64,000 nt of DNA, from positions 1,898-65,897 of the forward strand of contig JALWMR010000038.1 in assembly GCA_027083815.1 (NCBI GenBank), written 5' to 3'. Below the pieces are notes generated by a model. It saw only the letters and a list, made by a program, of their open reading frames with translations. It was not told where the DNA came from and did not search any database. Both the position numbers and the translations under genes were made by a program. This DNA is from Thiotrichaceae bacterium. GTDB lineage: Bacteria > Pseudomonadota > Gammaproteobacteria > Thiotrichales > Thiotrichaceae. How positions within the stretch are numbered: position 1 is the stretch's first letter; the number at the start of each line of letters is the position of its first letter. Below, in pieces: positions 27,685 through 38,355 of this stretch.

Positions 27685-29184
27685 ATGAAAAACACCTTAT
27701 CCAAAGCACAATTTGACGCTTATTTTGAGCAAGGCTATGACCGCGTTCCACTGGTTCGTGAGGTTCTGGCTGATCTTGATACTCCTCTTAGTACCTATCT
27801 AAAGCTTGCTAATGCGCCCTATTCTTATTTATTTGAATCGGTTCAGGGCGGTGAAAAGTGGGGTCGTTATTCGATTATTGGTCTGCCCTCCCGCACCGTT
27901 ATTAAAATTACCGGCAAGCAGGTTGAAGTCAGTAAAGATTATCAGGTAAAAAGTACAGAAACGGTTGATGACCCGCTAGCCTGGATTGAAAGCTACAAAG
28001 ATTCAATCAAAGTACCTGAAATCGACGGGATGCCAAGGTTCAATGGTGGTCTGGTGGGCTATTTTGGCTACGAAACAATTCGCTATATTGAGCCAAAACT
28101 AGCGGGTGTGGAGGCCGAAAATAAGCCTGACCCCATTAAAACGCCTGATATTCTGTTAATGCTTTCTGAAGAAATTGTGGTCTTTGATACTCTGAATGGT
28201 ATTTTGTCATTAATTGTTCATGCAGGAAAAGATGAATATGAACAAGGGCAACAGCGACTTGACTATCTTACACGTCGTTTGCGAGAACCGTTTAGCCTTT
28301 ACCATCCCGCCAAATCACCACAGACCGTCAATGAGGATGATTTTGTCTCGGGTTTTACCGAAGATGGCTTTAAAGCGGCTGTTGAAACAGCACGAGACTA
28401 CATTAAAGCGGGCGATATTATGCAGGTGGTTTTATCACAACGCCTGAGCGTCCCTTTTAAAGCACCACCGCTTGACCTGTATCGCTCCTTGCGCTCACTT
28501 AATCCATCGCCCTATATGCACTTTATGAACCTGGAAACCTTTCATATTGTCGGCTCCTCACCTGAAATTCTGGTACGCCTGGATGATGGCGAAATCACGG
28601 TGCGGCCTATTGCGGGTACGCGCAAGCGCGGCCATGACAAAGAAAAAGATCTGGCAATGGAAAAAGAGTTGCTGAACGATCCCAAAGAACTTGCCGAACA
28701 CCTGATGCTGATAGATTTAGGACGAAATGATGCCGGACGAGTCAGCCAGATCGGTACGGTAAAACTGACCGATAAAATGACGATTGAGCGTTATTCGCAT
28801 GTAATGCACATCGTCTCTAACGTAATCGGTAAAATCCGCTCTGAACTGAACGCCATGGATGTTTTGCGCGCTACCTTCCCGGCTGGCACAGTGAGCGGTG
28901 CACCCAAGATCCGCGCCATGGAGATCATCGATGAACTGGAGCCGGTCAAGCGTGGCATTTATTCTGGTGCCATCGGTTATCTGGCATGGAACGGCAATAT
29001 GGATACCGCCATTGCCATTCGTACCGCTGTTATCAAAGATCAAACACTGCATATTCAGGCAGGGGCAGGCGTGGTTTACGATTCTATCCCCGAGCTGGAA
29101 TGGAAGGAAACCATGAACAAGGCCCGCGCCATTTTTCGTGCCGTTAAACAAGCTGCCGCCGGTCTTGACGGCGCACATAAATAG
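27685..29184 (+). CDS. trpE: anthranilate synthase component I
   Basis: [34 protein letters not shown] and [10 protein letters not shown] motifs. Confidence 0.95.
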   Translation: MKNTLSKAQFDAYFEQGYDRVPLVREVLADLDTPLSTYLKLANAPYSYLFESVQGGEKWGRYSIIGLPSRTVIKITGKQVEVSKDYQVKSTETVDDPLAWIESYKDSIKVPEIDGMPRFNGGLVGYFGYETIRYIEPKLAGVEAENKPDPIKTPDILLMLSEEIVVFDTLNGILSLIVHAGKDEYEQGQQRLDYLTRRLREPFSLYHPAKSPQTVNEDDFVSGFTEDGFKAAVETARDYIKAGDIMQVVLSQRLSVPFKAPPLDLYRSLRSLNPSPYMHFMNLETFHIVGSSPEILVRLDDGEITVRPIAGTRKRGHDKEKDLAMEKELLNDPKELAEHLMLIDLGRNDAGRVSQIGTVKLTDKMTIERYSHVMHIVSNVIGKIRSELNAMDVLRATFPAGTVSGAPKIRAMEIIDELEPVKRGIYSGAIGYLAWNGNMDTAIAIRTAVIKDQTLHIQAGAGVVYDSIPELEWKETMNKARAIFRAVKQAAAGLDGAHK

Positions 29185-29196
29185 GGAGGATTCGCC

Positions 29197-29784
29197 ATGA
29201 TGTTAATGATAGATAATTATGATTCCTTTACCTATAACCTGGTGCAATACCTGGGTGAACTGGGCGCTGATGTGCAGGTTGATCGCAACGATGAAATAAC
29301 AATCGAAGAAATTGAGGCGCTCTCGCCAGAGCGTATTATGCTTTCACCCGGCCCTTGTACTCCAAGCGAAGCGGGTATTTCGCTGGATGTAATCAAACAC
29401 TTTAAAGGCAAATTACCCATCTTTGGCGTGTGTCTGGGGCATCAGTCTATTGGCCAGGCCTTTGGTGGTGATATTATCCGTGCCGATCAGATTATGCATG
29501 GCAAAACATCGCCAATTTTCCATAAAGGAGAAGGCGTTTTTAAGGGTTTGGAAAACCCCTTTACGGCAACACGCTATCACTCACTGGTGATTGATAAAAA
29601 CACACTGCCTGACTGCCTTGAAATCACCGCCTGGACAGAAACTGCAAGTGGTGAAATGGATGAAATTATGGGGGTTCGTCATAGAGATTACGCCATTGAA
29701 GGCGTGCAGTTTCATCCCGAATCTATTTTGACCAAACATGGCCATGACATGCTGCAAAATTTTCTGCAAATGAGACAGCCTTGA
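29197..29784 (+). CDS. trpG: anthranilate synthase component II / glutamine amidotransferase
   Basis: [14 protein letters not shown], catalytic GVCLGHQ, and HPES. It could also serve PabA function. Confidence 0.85.
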   Translation: MMLMIDNYDSFTYNLVQYLGELGADVQVDRNDEITIEEIEALSPERIMLSPGPCTPSEAGISLDVIKHFKGKLPIFGVCLGHQSIGQAFGGDIIRADQIMHGKTSPIFHKGEGVFKGLENPFTATRYHSLVIDKNTLPDCLEITAWTETASGEMDEIMGVRHRDYAIEGVQFHPESILTKHGHDMLQNFLQMRQP

Positions 29785-29794
29785 GTGTAAGCGT

Positions 29795-30307
29795 ATGAAG
29801 CAAGCAAACAGCGTAGCAGAAGCCAGCTTTGGCAAACGTCTATTAGCCATTGTTTACGACATTCTGATACTGTTCTTTATCATTGTGGTTATTACTATTT
29901 TGATACAACAGATTGTTATCAGCTTTGAGCTAGTGCCGCTTGAAAAGATAAAAGACGTCACTGGTGAAATTTCAGTGATTCCACCCAATAGCTGGGTTGA
30001 CCTTGGCTTAAAAAATCTCTGGGCGCTGTTTGGCTTTTTATATTTTGCACATTACTGGACAAGAAGCGGGCAAACGCCCGGCATGAAAGTCTGGAAACTT
30101 AAACTCATATCCGAGAGTCACAGCGGCAAGCAGCAACAGCAAACCATCACTGTGCTACAGGCGCTAAAACGCTATGTTTTTTCATTGCTAGGTTTAGGCC
30201 TGATCTGGATAATCGTTGATAAAAACAAGCGTGCTTTACAAGACAGGCTAAGCCAGTCACGGCTGATTTCCACCGCGACAATAAGCAAAAATGACCATGC
30301 AGCCTAA
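29795..30307 (+). CDS. RDD-family membrane protein
   Basis: FGKRLLAIVYD..., GQTPGMKVWKLKL, and a C-terminal QDRLSQSRL pattern of RDD proteins. Three hydrophobic helices. Confidence 0.65.
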   Translation: MKQANSVAEASFGKRLLAIVYDILILFFIIVVITILIQQIVISFELVPLEKIKDVTGEISVIPPNSWVDLGLKNLWALFGFLYFAHYWTRSGQTPGMKVWKLKLISESHSGKQQQQTITVLQALKRYVFSLLGLGLIWIIVDKNKRALQDRLSQSRLISTATISKNDHAA

Positions 30308-31073
30308 TCGTAACGAAACCTATATTCCACCACCAGCAACAGACAAAAAACCTTACTGGGGTTTTTGGGCAACTATCGGCTTTAGCCTGCTGATTTTTAT
30401 ACTTTTTTCATTGTTGCAATTTATCTTCTTACTCGCTTATGCTTACAATATTAATAGCGGCAATATCACAGCCGAGAATCTGGAGCATATACTCAAATCA
30501 CTCGGCCTCAATGGTGATGCCATAAGCGTTGCCGAAATACCCTCAGCACTAATCGGCACTGCACTGGTGATTATCATTGCCTATAGCCGTAAAACATTAG
30601 CCGTTAAAGATTATCTTGATTTAAAAACACCAGGCATTTTTACCTTATTAAAATGGCTGGGCTTTATGGTGCTCCTTATTATTACACTGGAAGCCGTCAA
30701 TATCGCATTAAACCGTGAAACACCCGACTTTATGGAAAAGGTCTATAACAGCGCCACCAATTTACCCCTGCTATGGTTTGCGGTTGTACTGATGGCCCCC
30801 TTGTTTGAAGAGTTTTTATTTCGTGGTTTTATGCTGGAAGGCTTGCGCCATTCATTTGTAGGCACCGCAGGTGCGATAATAATTAGCTCGGCTATCTGGG
30901 CGATTATTCATGCTCAATATGAATTATTTGAAGTCTTTACCATTTTCCTGATTGGCCTTACCTTTGCCATTGCCAAACTAAGAAGCGGATCACTTTATGT
31001 GCCCATGGCAATGCACTTGCTAATGAATTTAAGCGCCAGTGTATTAATGGAGATTAGCACAGTGCAGCAGTAA
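30291..31073 (+). CDS. CPBP-family intramembrane glutamic endopeptidase (CAAX protease-like)
   Basis: The EEFLFRG motif, a later H..xxH (WAIIHAQ) and a MAMHLLMN motif in a polytopic protein. Confidence 0.75.
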   Translation: MTMQPNRNETYIPPPATDKKPYWGFWATIGFSLLIFILFSLLQFIFLLAYAYNINSGNITAENLEHILKSLGLNGDAISVAEIPSALIGTALVIIIAYSRKTLAVKDYLDLKTPGIFTLLKWLGFMVLLIITLEAVNIALNRETPDFMEKVYNSATNLPLLWFAVVLMAPLFEEFLFRGFMLEGLRHSFVGTAGAIIISSAIWAIIHAQYELFEVFTIFLIGLTFAIAKLRSGSLYVPMAMHLLMNLSASVLMEISTVQQ

Positions 31074-31079
31074 TGCTAT

Positions 31080-31544
31080 TCAAGATTTGCGTCGTTGGCG
31101 GAAAAAATCTTTAAGTATTTGTCCACACTCATCTTGAAACACGCCGCCTACTACATCTATTTTGTGGTTATGATAATCCTGCGAAAATAAGTCAATGACA
31201 CTGCCTGCTGTGCCGGTGCGTGGATCAGGTGCGCCGAATACTAGCCGTGCGATACGGGCGTGTATCATGGCTCCGGCGCACATGGTGCAGGGTTCCAGTG
31301 TGACATAAAGGCTAGTATCGGGGAGGCGGTAATTATTCAGCACCCTGCCCGCTGCGCGGATTGCCATAATCTCGGCATGTGCGCTGGCATCGTGATGTGC
31401 GATGGGTTGATTCCAGCCTTCGGAAATAAGCTGGTCATCTTTAACCATCACAGCACCAACCGGGACTTCACCCTGTTCGCGCGAGCGTTCTGCCAGCATT
31501 AAGGCATGTTGCATCCATTTTTGATCGTCTGAGGTGCTCATCAA
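31080..31544 (-). CDS. tadA: tRNA adenosine(34) deaminase
   Basis: HAEIMAI and TLEPCTMCAGA zinc-binding deaminase motifs, and the size is typical of TadA. Confidence 0.9.
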   Translation of the reverse strand: MMSTSDDQKWMQHALMLAERSREQGEVPVGAVMVKDDQLISEGWNQPIAHHDASAHAEIMAIRAAGRVLNNYRLPDTSLYVTLEPCTMCAGAMIHARIARLVFGAPDPRTGTAGSVIDLFSQDYHNHKIDVVGGVFQDECGQILKDFFRQRRKS

Positions 31545-31570
31545 GCCGTTTCAGCAAGTAAAAGAGACTT

Positions 31571-31675
31571 AAAAAGTACACCCCCCCACTTTTTATGGCT
31601 TTTTAAGCCACCCTGCGGGTTGTCGTCGCTATGCTCCGACATGGTCTCGCCTGTGGCTCGGGTTGCCCTTTTCTC
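31571..31675 (+). repeat. C-core repeat, long form (copy 7), between tadA and guaA
   Basis: AAAAAGTACACCCCCCCACTTTTTATGGCTTTTTAAGCCACCCTGCGGGTTGTCGTCGCTATGCTCCGACATGGTCTCGCCTGTGGCTCGGGTTGCCCTTTTCTC. Confidence 0.9.
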
Positions 31676-31719
31676 AACGCAGAAATGGTAGATTCCAGGG
31701 GTGAGCGGTGTAGTAGACA

Positions 31720-33297
31720 TTATTCCCATTCAATAGTAGCCGGCGGCTTGCCCGATATATCATACGTCACCCGAGATACATTACTTATCTCATTGATTAT
31801 ACGATTAGAAACCAGACTCAAAAACTCATAAGGCAGGTGCGCCCAGCGGGCTGTCATAAAATCAATGGTCTCTACCGCACGCAGTGCAATCACATAATCG
31901 TAGCGACGACCATCGCCGGTTACACCAACTGATTTTATCGGCAGGAATACGGCAAAAGCTTGTGAGGTTTTGTGATATAAATCGTGTTTGTAAAGCTCTT
32001 CAATAAAGATGTGATCAGCAAGGCGTAGTATATCGGCATACTCCTTTTTAACTTCGCCAAGAATGCGCACGCCCAGACCGGGGCCGGGGAAAGGATGGCG
32101 CTGCACCATTTCAGCGGGCAGACCCAGCTCAATGCCGATGGTGCGTACTTCATCTTTAAATAATTCACGCAGTGGTTCAACCAGGCCGAGTTTCATATCA
32201 TCTGGCAAGCCACCGACATTGTGATGTGACTTGATCAAATGTGCCTTGCCTGTTTTACTGCCTGCCGATTCGATTACATCGGGGTAAATGGTGCCCTGAG
32301 CAAGCCACCTGGCGGAGGTCAGTTTGGCGGATTCTTCATCAAAAATCTCAATAAACATATTGCCAATAATTTTGCGCTTTTCTTCGGGATCAGTTTTGCC
32401 TTCGAGCGCCCTGAGAAAACGTGCTTCTGCATCCACCCGAATGACTTTAACGCCCATGTGCTCGGCAAACATCGCCATCACCTGATCACCTTCCTGATAG
32501 CGTAATAAGCCGGTATCAACAAACACACAGGTTAGTTGCTTACCAATCGCCTTGTGCAACATGGCGGCTACAACGGATGAATCGACCCCGCCGGAAAGAC
32601 CCAGAATGACTTCATCCGAGCCGACCTGCTGGCGCACATTGTTAATACTGTCTTCAATAATATTTTTAGGTGTCCACAAGGCGGCACAGCCACAAATCTC
32701 ACGAACAAAGCGTTCTAAAATACGTCCGCCCTGTTTGGTGTGGGTGACTTCAGGATGAAACTGGATACCGTAAAACTTCTGATCTTCATTGGCAATACCC
32801 GCAATCGGCGCATTTTCGGTGCTTGCCATTAACTTAAAAGATGGCGGTATTTCGACAACATGGTCGCCATGCGACATCCATACATCAAGCAGGCCGTAAC
32901 CTTCCGGGCTGACTTCATCTTCTATATCTTTAAGCAAAGCGGTATGCCCACGAGCGCGCACCTGTGCATAACCGTATTCCTGATGATCAGCCGTTTCGAC
33001 CTTGCCACCAAAATGCATTGCCATGGTTTGCATGCCATAGCAAATACCCAGTACTGGCACGCCCAGTTCATACACGACCGGTGGTGCAAAAGGTGCATCT
33101 TCACCAGTAGTTGATTCAGGCCCACCGGAGAGAATGATGCCCCTGGCATTAAAATCTTTAACCTCTTGATCGCTGACATCCCAGGGATAGATTTCGCAGT
33201 AAACACCAACTTCGCGAACGCGACGGGCGATTAACTGGGTATATTGTGCACCAAAATCAAGGATAAGAATGCGATCAGAGTGAATATTATTAGTCAT
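31720..33297 (-). CDS. guaA: GMP synthase (glutamine-hydrolysing)
   Basis: GATase GICYGMQ, ATP-PPase SGGVDSS, and C-terminal ...[10 protein letters not shown]. Confidence 0.97.
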   Translation of the reverse strand: MTNNIHSDRILILDFGAQYTQLIARRVREVGVYCEIYPWDVSDQEVKDFNARGIILSGGPESTTGEDAPFAPPVVYELGVPVLGICYGMQTMAMHFGGKVETADHQEYGYAQVRARGHTALLKDIEDEVSPEGYGLLDVWMSHGDHVVEIPPSFKLMASTENAPIAGIANEDQKFYGIQFHPEVTHTKQGGRILERFVREICGCAALWTPKNIIEDSINNVRQQVGSDEVILGLSGGVDSSVVAAMLHKAIGKQLTCVFVDTGLLRYQEGDQVMAMFAEHMGVKVIRVDAEARFLRALEGKTDPEEKRKIIGNMFIEIFDEESAKLTSARWLAQGTIYPDVIESAGSKTGKAHLIKSHHNVGGLPDDMKLGLVEPLRELFKDEVRTIGIELGLPAEMVQRHPFPGPGLGVRILGEVKKEYADILRLADHIFIEELYKHDLYHKTSQAFAVFLPIKSVGVTGDGRRYDYVIALRAVETIDFMTARWAHLPYEFLSLVSNRIINEISNVSRVTYDISGKPPATIEWE

Positions 33298-33349
33298 ATA
33301 TGTCGTTTCTGGCTAAATGTAGAATATAAAAAGGGCTAAAATAAATAGT

Positions 33350-33451
33350 AAAAGTACACCCCCCCACCTTTTTATGGCTTTTCAAGCCACCCTGCGGGTA
33401 GTCGTCGCTACGCTCCAACATTGTCTCGCGCCGCTCGGCTTGCCCTTTTCT
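33350..33451 (+). repeat. C-core repeat, long form (copy 8), between guaA and guaB
   Basis: AAAAGTACACCCCCCCACCTTTTTATGGCTTTTCAAGCCACCCTGCGGGTAGTCGTCGCTACGCTCCAACATTGTCTCGCGCCGCTCGGCTTGCCCTTTTCT. Confidence 0.9.
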
Positions 33452-33469
33452 ACAGGGAGGTGAGATTCC

Positions 33470-34990
<1,521 letters not shown>

Positions 34991-35120
34991 CTAATTTTAT
35001 CAGACTATTATAGAGATTGACCTTTGCAAGGTAAACTGGTATCAATACAAAAGTCGTTAATAATTACAAAAGACGATTAAATAAAAGTAAGTAAATATAT
35101 TCATCGAATAGGAGGAATGA

Positions 35121-35405
35121 ATGAAATTTAAACTTGTACTGGCAACTTTGGCACTTTCTTTAAGCACAGCGGTGATGGCTGATCCAACCCAGGACGCTAT
35201 TGAGGCAGCTCGCGCTGCACAAAAAGAAGCAAAAAAACTTGGCTTTGAGTGGCGTGATATGGGAAAAATGATCAAAAAAGCCGAAAAGTTGGCTAAAGAA
35301 GGTAAAGATAAGAAAGCCATTAAAATTGCCAACAAGATTGCTGGTCAAATTGTTCCAATCAGAAAACAGGCTGCGCTTGCAAAGTCAGCTGGTCCGCGAT
35401 TCTAA
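35121..35405 (+). CDS. small secreted Lys/Ala-rich helical protein (unknown function)
   Basis: Signal peptide MKFKLVLATLALSLSTAVMA, a good RBS (GGAGGA) upstream, and a strong terminator downstream. Confidence 0.5.
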   Translation: MKFKLVLATLALSLSTAVMADPTQDAIEAARAAQKEAKKLGFEWRDMGKMIKKAEKLAKEGKDKKAIKIANKIAGQIVPIRKQAALAKSAGPRF

Positions 35406-35426
35406 AGAACTGAAGCTGTTTACTTG

Positions 35427-35452
35427 AAAGCCGGGATTATCCCGGCTTTTTT
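35427..35452 (+). terminator. intrinsic terminator
   Basis: AAAGCCGGGA-TTA-TCCCGGCTTT, a 10-bp stem followed by TTT. Confidence 0.8.
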
Positions 35453-35469
35453 AATATTAAAATTTAATA

Positions 35470-36810
35470 ATGCAAACCTCAAATCGAACCATACTCAGCG
35501 TTGCCGAACTTAATGCCGAGGTCAATCAGTTACTCACCCAGGGCTTTCCCCTTCTCTGGGTGGAAGGGGAAATATCAAATCTGGTTCGACCAGCATCGGG
35601 GCATCTTTATTTTTCCTTAAAAGATAATAAATCCCAAATCCGTAGTGCTATGTTTCGCAATAGAAACATGAAGTTAACCTTAAAACCTGAAAATGGTATG
35701 AAAGTATTAGTGCGCGGTCGAATTGGCTTATATGAGCCGCGTGGTGAATACCAGTTGATTGCCGAGCATATGGAAGATGCCGGTATCGGACAGCTTCAAC
35801 GGCAATTTGAGGCATTAAAACAAAAACTTTCTGAAGCGGGTTTATTTGATGAAGCACATAAAAAAGAGTTTCCAGAATATCCTAAACGTATTGCTGTTAT
35901 TACCTCACCCAGCGGTGCAGCAATTCGGGATATTTTACATGTCCTGGAACGCCGTAGCCCGCATACCCCAGTATTGATTTACCCTGTTAGTGTGCAGGGT
36001 GAAAGGGCCAAAATAGAAATTGAAGCAGCTATCCGCAAGGCAAATATCGACAACAAATGTGATGTCATTATTCTGGCGCGTGGTGGTGGCTCCATTGAAG
36101 ATTTATGGTCATTTAACGAAGAGAATGTTGCCAGAGCTATTTATCATTCCGAGATTCCCATTATTGTTGGTGTTGGCCATGAAATAGATTTCACCATTGC
36201 TGATTTTGTTGCTGATATGCGTGCTCCAACACCTTCAGCTGCGGCTGAGCTTATTACGGCTGATAAAGCCCAACTGTTAACCGATGTGATACAAACAGAA
36301 TTGTGGTTACAACAAACCATCAAGCAAAAAATCAGGCAAAAAGTACAGGCGCTTGATTGGCTAACAAACCGGTTGGAGCTGCAAAAGCCTTCTCGACGGC
36401 TTGAGCAGCAGTTACAACGTATTGATGAGCTTGAAAACCGTTTAAGTTTACACATCCAGAATCAAATAAACGATAAAAACACTCAATTATCCTATCTCAA
36501 TAATCGTTTAATCGGGCATCCCCCCAGTAAACTTATTGAGCAAAAAAAACAAACACTACATATTTTAAAAAGCTCGTTAATTCAGTCAGTTGAGTCACTC
36601 ATTGAACATAAAAAAAGTGCCTTTCAGATGCAAATGGCCGTGCTTGATTCTACCAGTCCGCTAAAAACACTTGACCGTGGCTACGCAATCATTAAGAATA
36701 AAGGATCAAATAATATTATTAACTCCATTAATCAAATGAGTAATAATATGAAGGTAACAATCACACTTAAAGACGGGGAAACTACAGCGATTATTAATAA
36801 TGAATCCTGA
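35470..36810 (+). CDS. xseA: exodeoxyribonuclease VII large subunit
   Basis: SVAELN..V..LL...F..LWVEGEISN...ASGHLYFSLKD OB-fold start, plus VITSPSGAAIRD and ILARGGGSIEDLW. Confidence 0.9.
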   Translation: MQTSNRTILSVAELNAEVNQLLTQGFPLLWVEGEISNLVRPASGHLYFSLKDNKSQIRSAMFRNRNMKLTLKPENGMKVLVRGRIGLYEPRGEYQLIAEHMEDAGIGQLQRQFEALKQKLSEAGLFDEAHKKEFPEYPKRIAVITSPSGAAIRDILHVLERRSPHTPVLIYPVSVQGERAKIEIEAAIRKANIDNKCDVIILARGGGSIEDLWSFNEENVARAIYHSEIPIIVGVGHEIDFTIADFVADMRAPTPSAAAELITADKAQLLTDVIQTELWLQQTIKQKIRQKVQALDWLTNRLELQKPSRRLEQQLQRIDELENRLSLHIQNQINDKNTQLSYLNNRLIGHPPSKLIEQKKQTLHILKSSLIQSVESLIEHKKSAFQMQMAVLDSTSPLKTLDRGYAIIKNKGSNNIINSINQMSNNMKVTITLKDGETTAIINNES

Positions 36811-36879
36811 GTTAATAAGACGGCTGAATTAATCTGTCTTATTACCTTTTAGCATTTTGCAATAATCCTGAAAAAAGAT

Positions 36880-37260
36880 ATGAAATGTCCATGTCAATCA
36901 TCTAAAAAATACAGCGCCTGTTGCGGTCGGTATCATTTAGGGACGCTACATCCTCCTACTGCCACAGCTCTCTCACGCGCACGATATAGCGCTTACGTGC
37001 TAGATAAGCCTAACTATATTTACAATACATGGGTAAAAAATACCCGCCCATCATTAGAGTCTATTCGATTACAAATGCCAGAACCGTTTATTGATTTTCA
37101 AATTACTCATACTGATATGGGTGATGAACACCACGATATTGGCACCGTCACCTTTATCGCAACCTTGCAAGCTGATGATGCCATCACTGCAATTAAGGAA
37201 GTCAGTCTTTTCAAGCGAATTGATGGTCAATGGCTATACTTTAGGGGAGACATAGAATAG
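36880..37260 (+). CDS. YchJ-family (SEC-C motif, NTF2-like) protein, paralogue 1
   Basis: N-terminal CPCQSSKKYSACCGRYH SEC-C metal-binding motif and SRYSAY... It is paralogous to 37484-37879. Confidence 0.7.
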   Translation: MKCPCQSSKKYSACCGRYHLGTLHPPTATALSRARYSAYVLDKPNYIYNTWVKNTRPSLESIRLQMPEPFIDFQITHTDMGDEHHDIGTVTFIATLQADDAITAIKEVSLFKRIDGQWLYFRGDIE

Positions 37261-37270
37261 GAACATTTAC

Positions 37271-37462
37271 ATGAATGGTCTGGAAGCCGCCACAATACAA
37301 TGCCCTTATTGTTGGGAACTGATAGAAATTACCATTGATTGTTCGGTTAGCTCTCAGGAATATGTTGAAGACTGCGAAGTCTGTTGCCGCCCTATTGTAT
37401 TGAATGTTATTCTCTCGCCCGATGGCCTGCCTGACAACGTGCAGGTTAAACGCGAAAATTGA
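37271..37462 (+). CDS. cysteine-rich CPxCG-type small zinc-ribbon protein
   Basis: CPYCWE...(28 aa)...CEVCCRP, two Cys pairs in 63 aa. Confidence 0.55.
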   Translation: MNGLEAATIQCPYCWELIEITIDCSVSSQEYVEDCEVCCRPIVLNVILSPDGLPDNVQVKREN

Positions 37463-37483
37463 TCAACAACATGATCCCCAACA

Positions 37484-37879
37484 ATGAATAACAATACACC
37501 CTGCCCTTGCCAATCCTCCCTTTCTTATGCACTCTGCTGTGGCCGTTATCATAAAGGTAAGCTTCATGCACCCACTGCTGAAGCCTTAATGCGCTCCCGT
37601 TATACCGCTTATGTGCTTGGTGATGCGCAATATCTATACCGTAGCTGGCATGAGTCAACACGCCCTTCCCTCGTGAGTTTACGTGAGTCAGGTCCTTTGG
37701 ATCTAATCGGTTTAACAATTATCTCTACCATGGCTGGCGGCGAAAAAGACAGCAAAGGCATGGTTGAGTTTGTTGCCAGCAGCAAGAGCACATCCACGCC
37801 CGGAGAAATCGAGCAGCACAAGGAAAAAAGCTTATTCGTTCGTGTTAAGAATCGTTGGGTTTATATTGATGCGATTTAG
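37484..37879 (+). CDS. YchJ-family (SEC-C motif, NTF2-like) protein, paralogue 2
   Basis: CPCQSSLSYALCCGRYH, SRYTAYVLGD, and C-terminal EKSLFVRVKNRWVYIDA. Confidence 0.7.
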   Translation: MNNNTPCPCQSSLSYALCCGRYHKGKLHAPTAEALMRSRYTAYVLGDAQYLYRSWHESTRPSLVSLRESGPLDLIGLTIISTMAGGEKDSKGMVEFVASSKSTSTPGEIEQHKEKSLFVRVKNRWVYIDAI

Positions 37880-37907
37880 TTGACCCGAATAATCAATCTG
37901 CTAAACT
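37880..37907 (+). promoter_or_regulatory. candidate sigma70 promoter of umuDC
   Basis: TTGACC (37880-37885), a 16-nt spacer, then TAAACT (37902-37907). No canonical CTGT-N8-ACAG SOS box was seen. Confidence 0.3.
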
Positions 37908-37914
37908 CGTCACT

Positions 37915-38346
37915 ATGGCGAACAAAAAGCGAACATTTATTATTTTTAAAGGTGCCTTTAATAAAGCGCTAAAAATGCCTCTTTACTGCAGCAAGGTCGA
38001 AGCAGGGTTTGCCTCACCTGCCGATGATTTTGTGGAGGAATTTCTTGATCTTAATGATTTGCTGGTTAAGCGCAAAGAAGCAACATTTTTTGTACGCGTT
38101 GCAGGCTACTCAATGATTGATGCCGGTATCCAGCCTGATGATATTCTCATTGTGGATCGTTCTCTGGAGGCTAAACACGGTAAGATTATCATTGCAGTTA
38201 TTGATGGCGAGGTCACCGTTAAACGCCTTTTTAAACAAGGCGGCAGAGTTCTTCTCAAGGCTGAAAACAAGCGCTATAAAGATATTCCGGTTAATGGCCC
38301 CCTGCACGTTTGGGGAGTGGTCACCTCAATTATCCATCAAGTATAA
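37915..38346 (+). CDS. umuD: translesion DNA polymerase V autoproteolytic subunit (LexA/S24 peptidase fold)
   Basis: VEAGFASPADD cleavage region (Ala-Gly), GYSM catalytic Ser, VKRL catalytic Lys. There is an alternative in-frame start at 37975 (MPLYCSKVEAGF). Confidence 0.85.
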   Translation: MANKKRTFIIFKGAFNKALKMPLYCSKVEAGFASPADDFVEEFLDLNDLLVKRKEATFFVRVAGYSMIDAGIQPDDILIVDRSLEAKHGKIIIAVIDGEVTVKRLFKQGGRVLLKAENKRYKDIPVNGPLHVWGVVTSIIHQV

Positions 38347-38355
38347 GCATAAGCC

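Noticed and set aside
31541-31729. 62-aa minus-strand ORF between tadA and guaA
   Set aside because: It is composed almost entirely of long-form repeat sequence and overlaps the ends of both neighbouring genes. I treat it as non-coding.
35012-35028. AGAGATTGACCTTTGCA upstream of guaB, resembling the 224-bp MITE terminus AGAGACCTTTGCA
   Set aside because: It is a single half-site with a 4-nt insertion and no partner end or MITE interior nearby. It is probably coincidental or a very old remnant.
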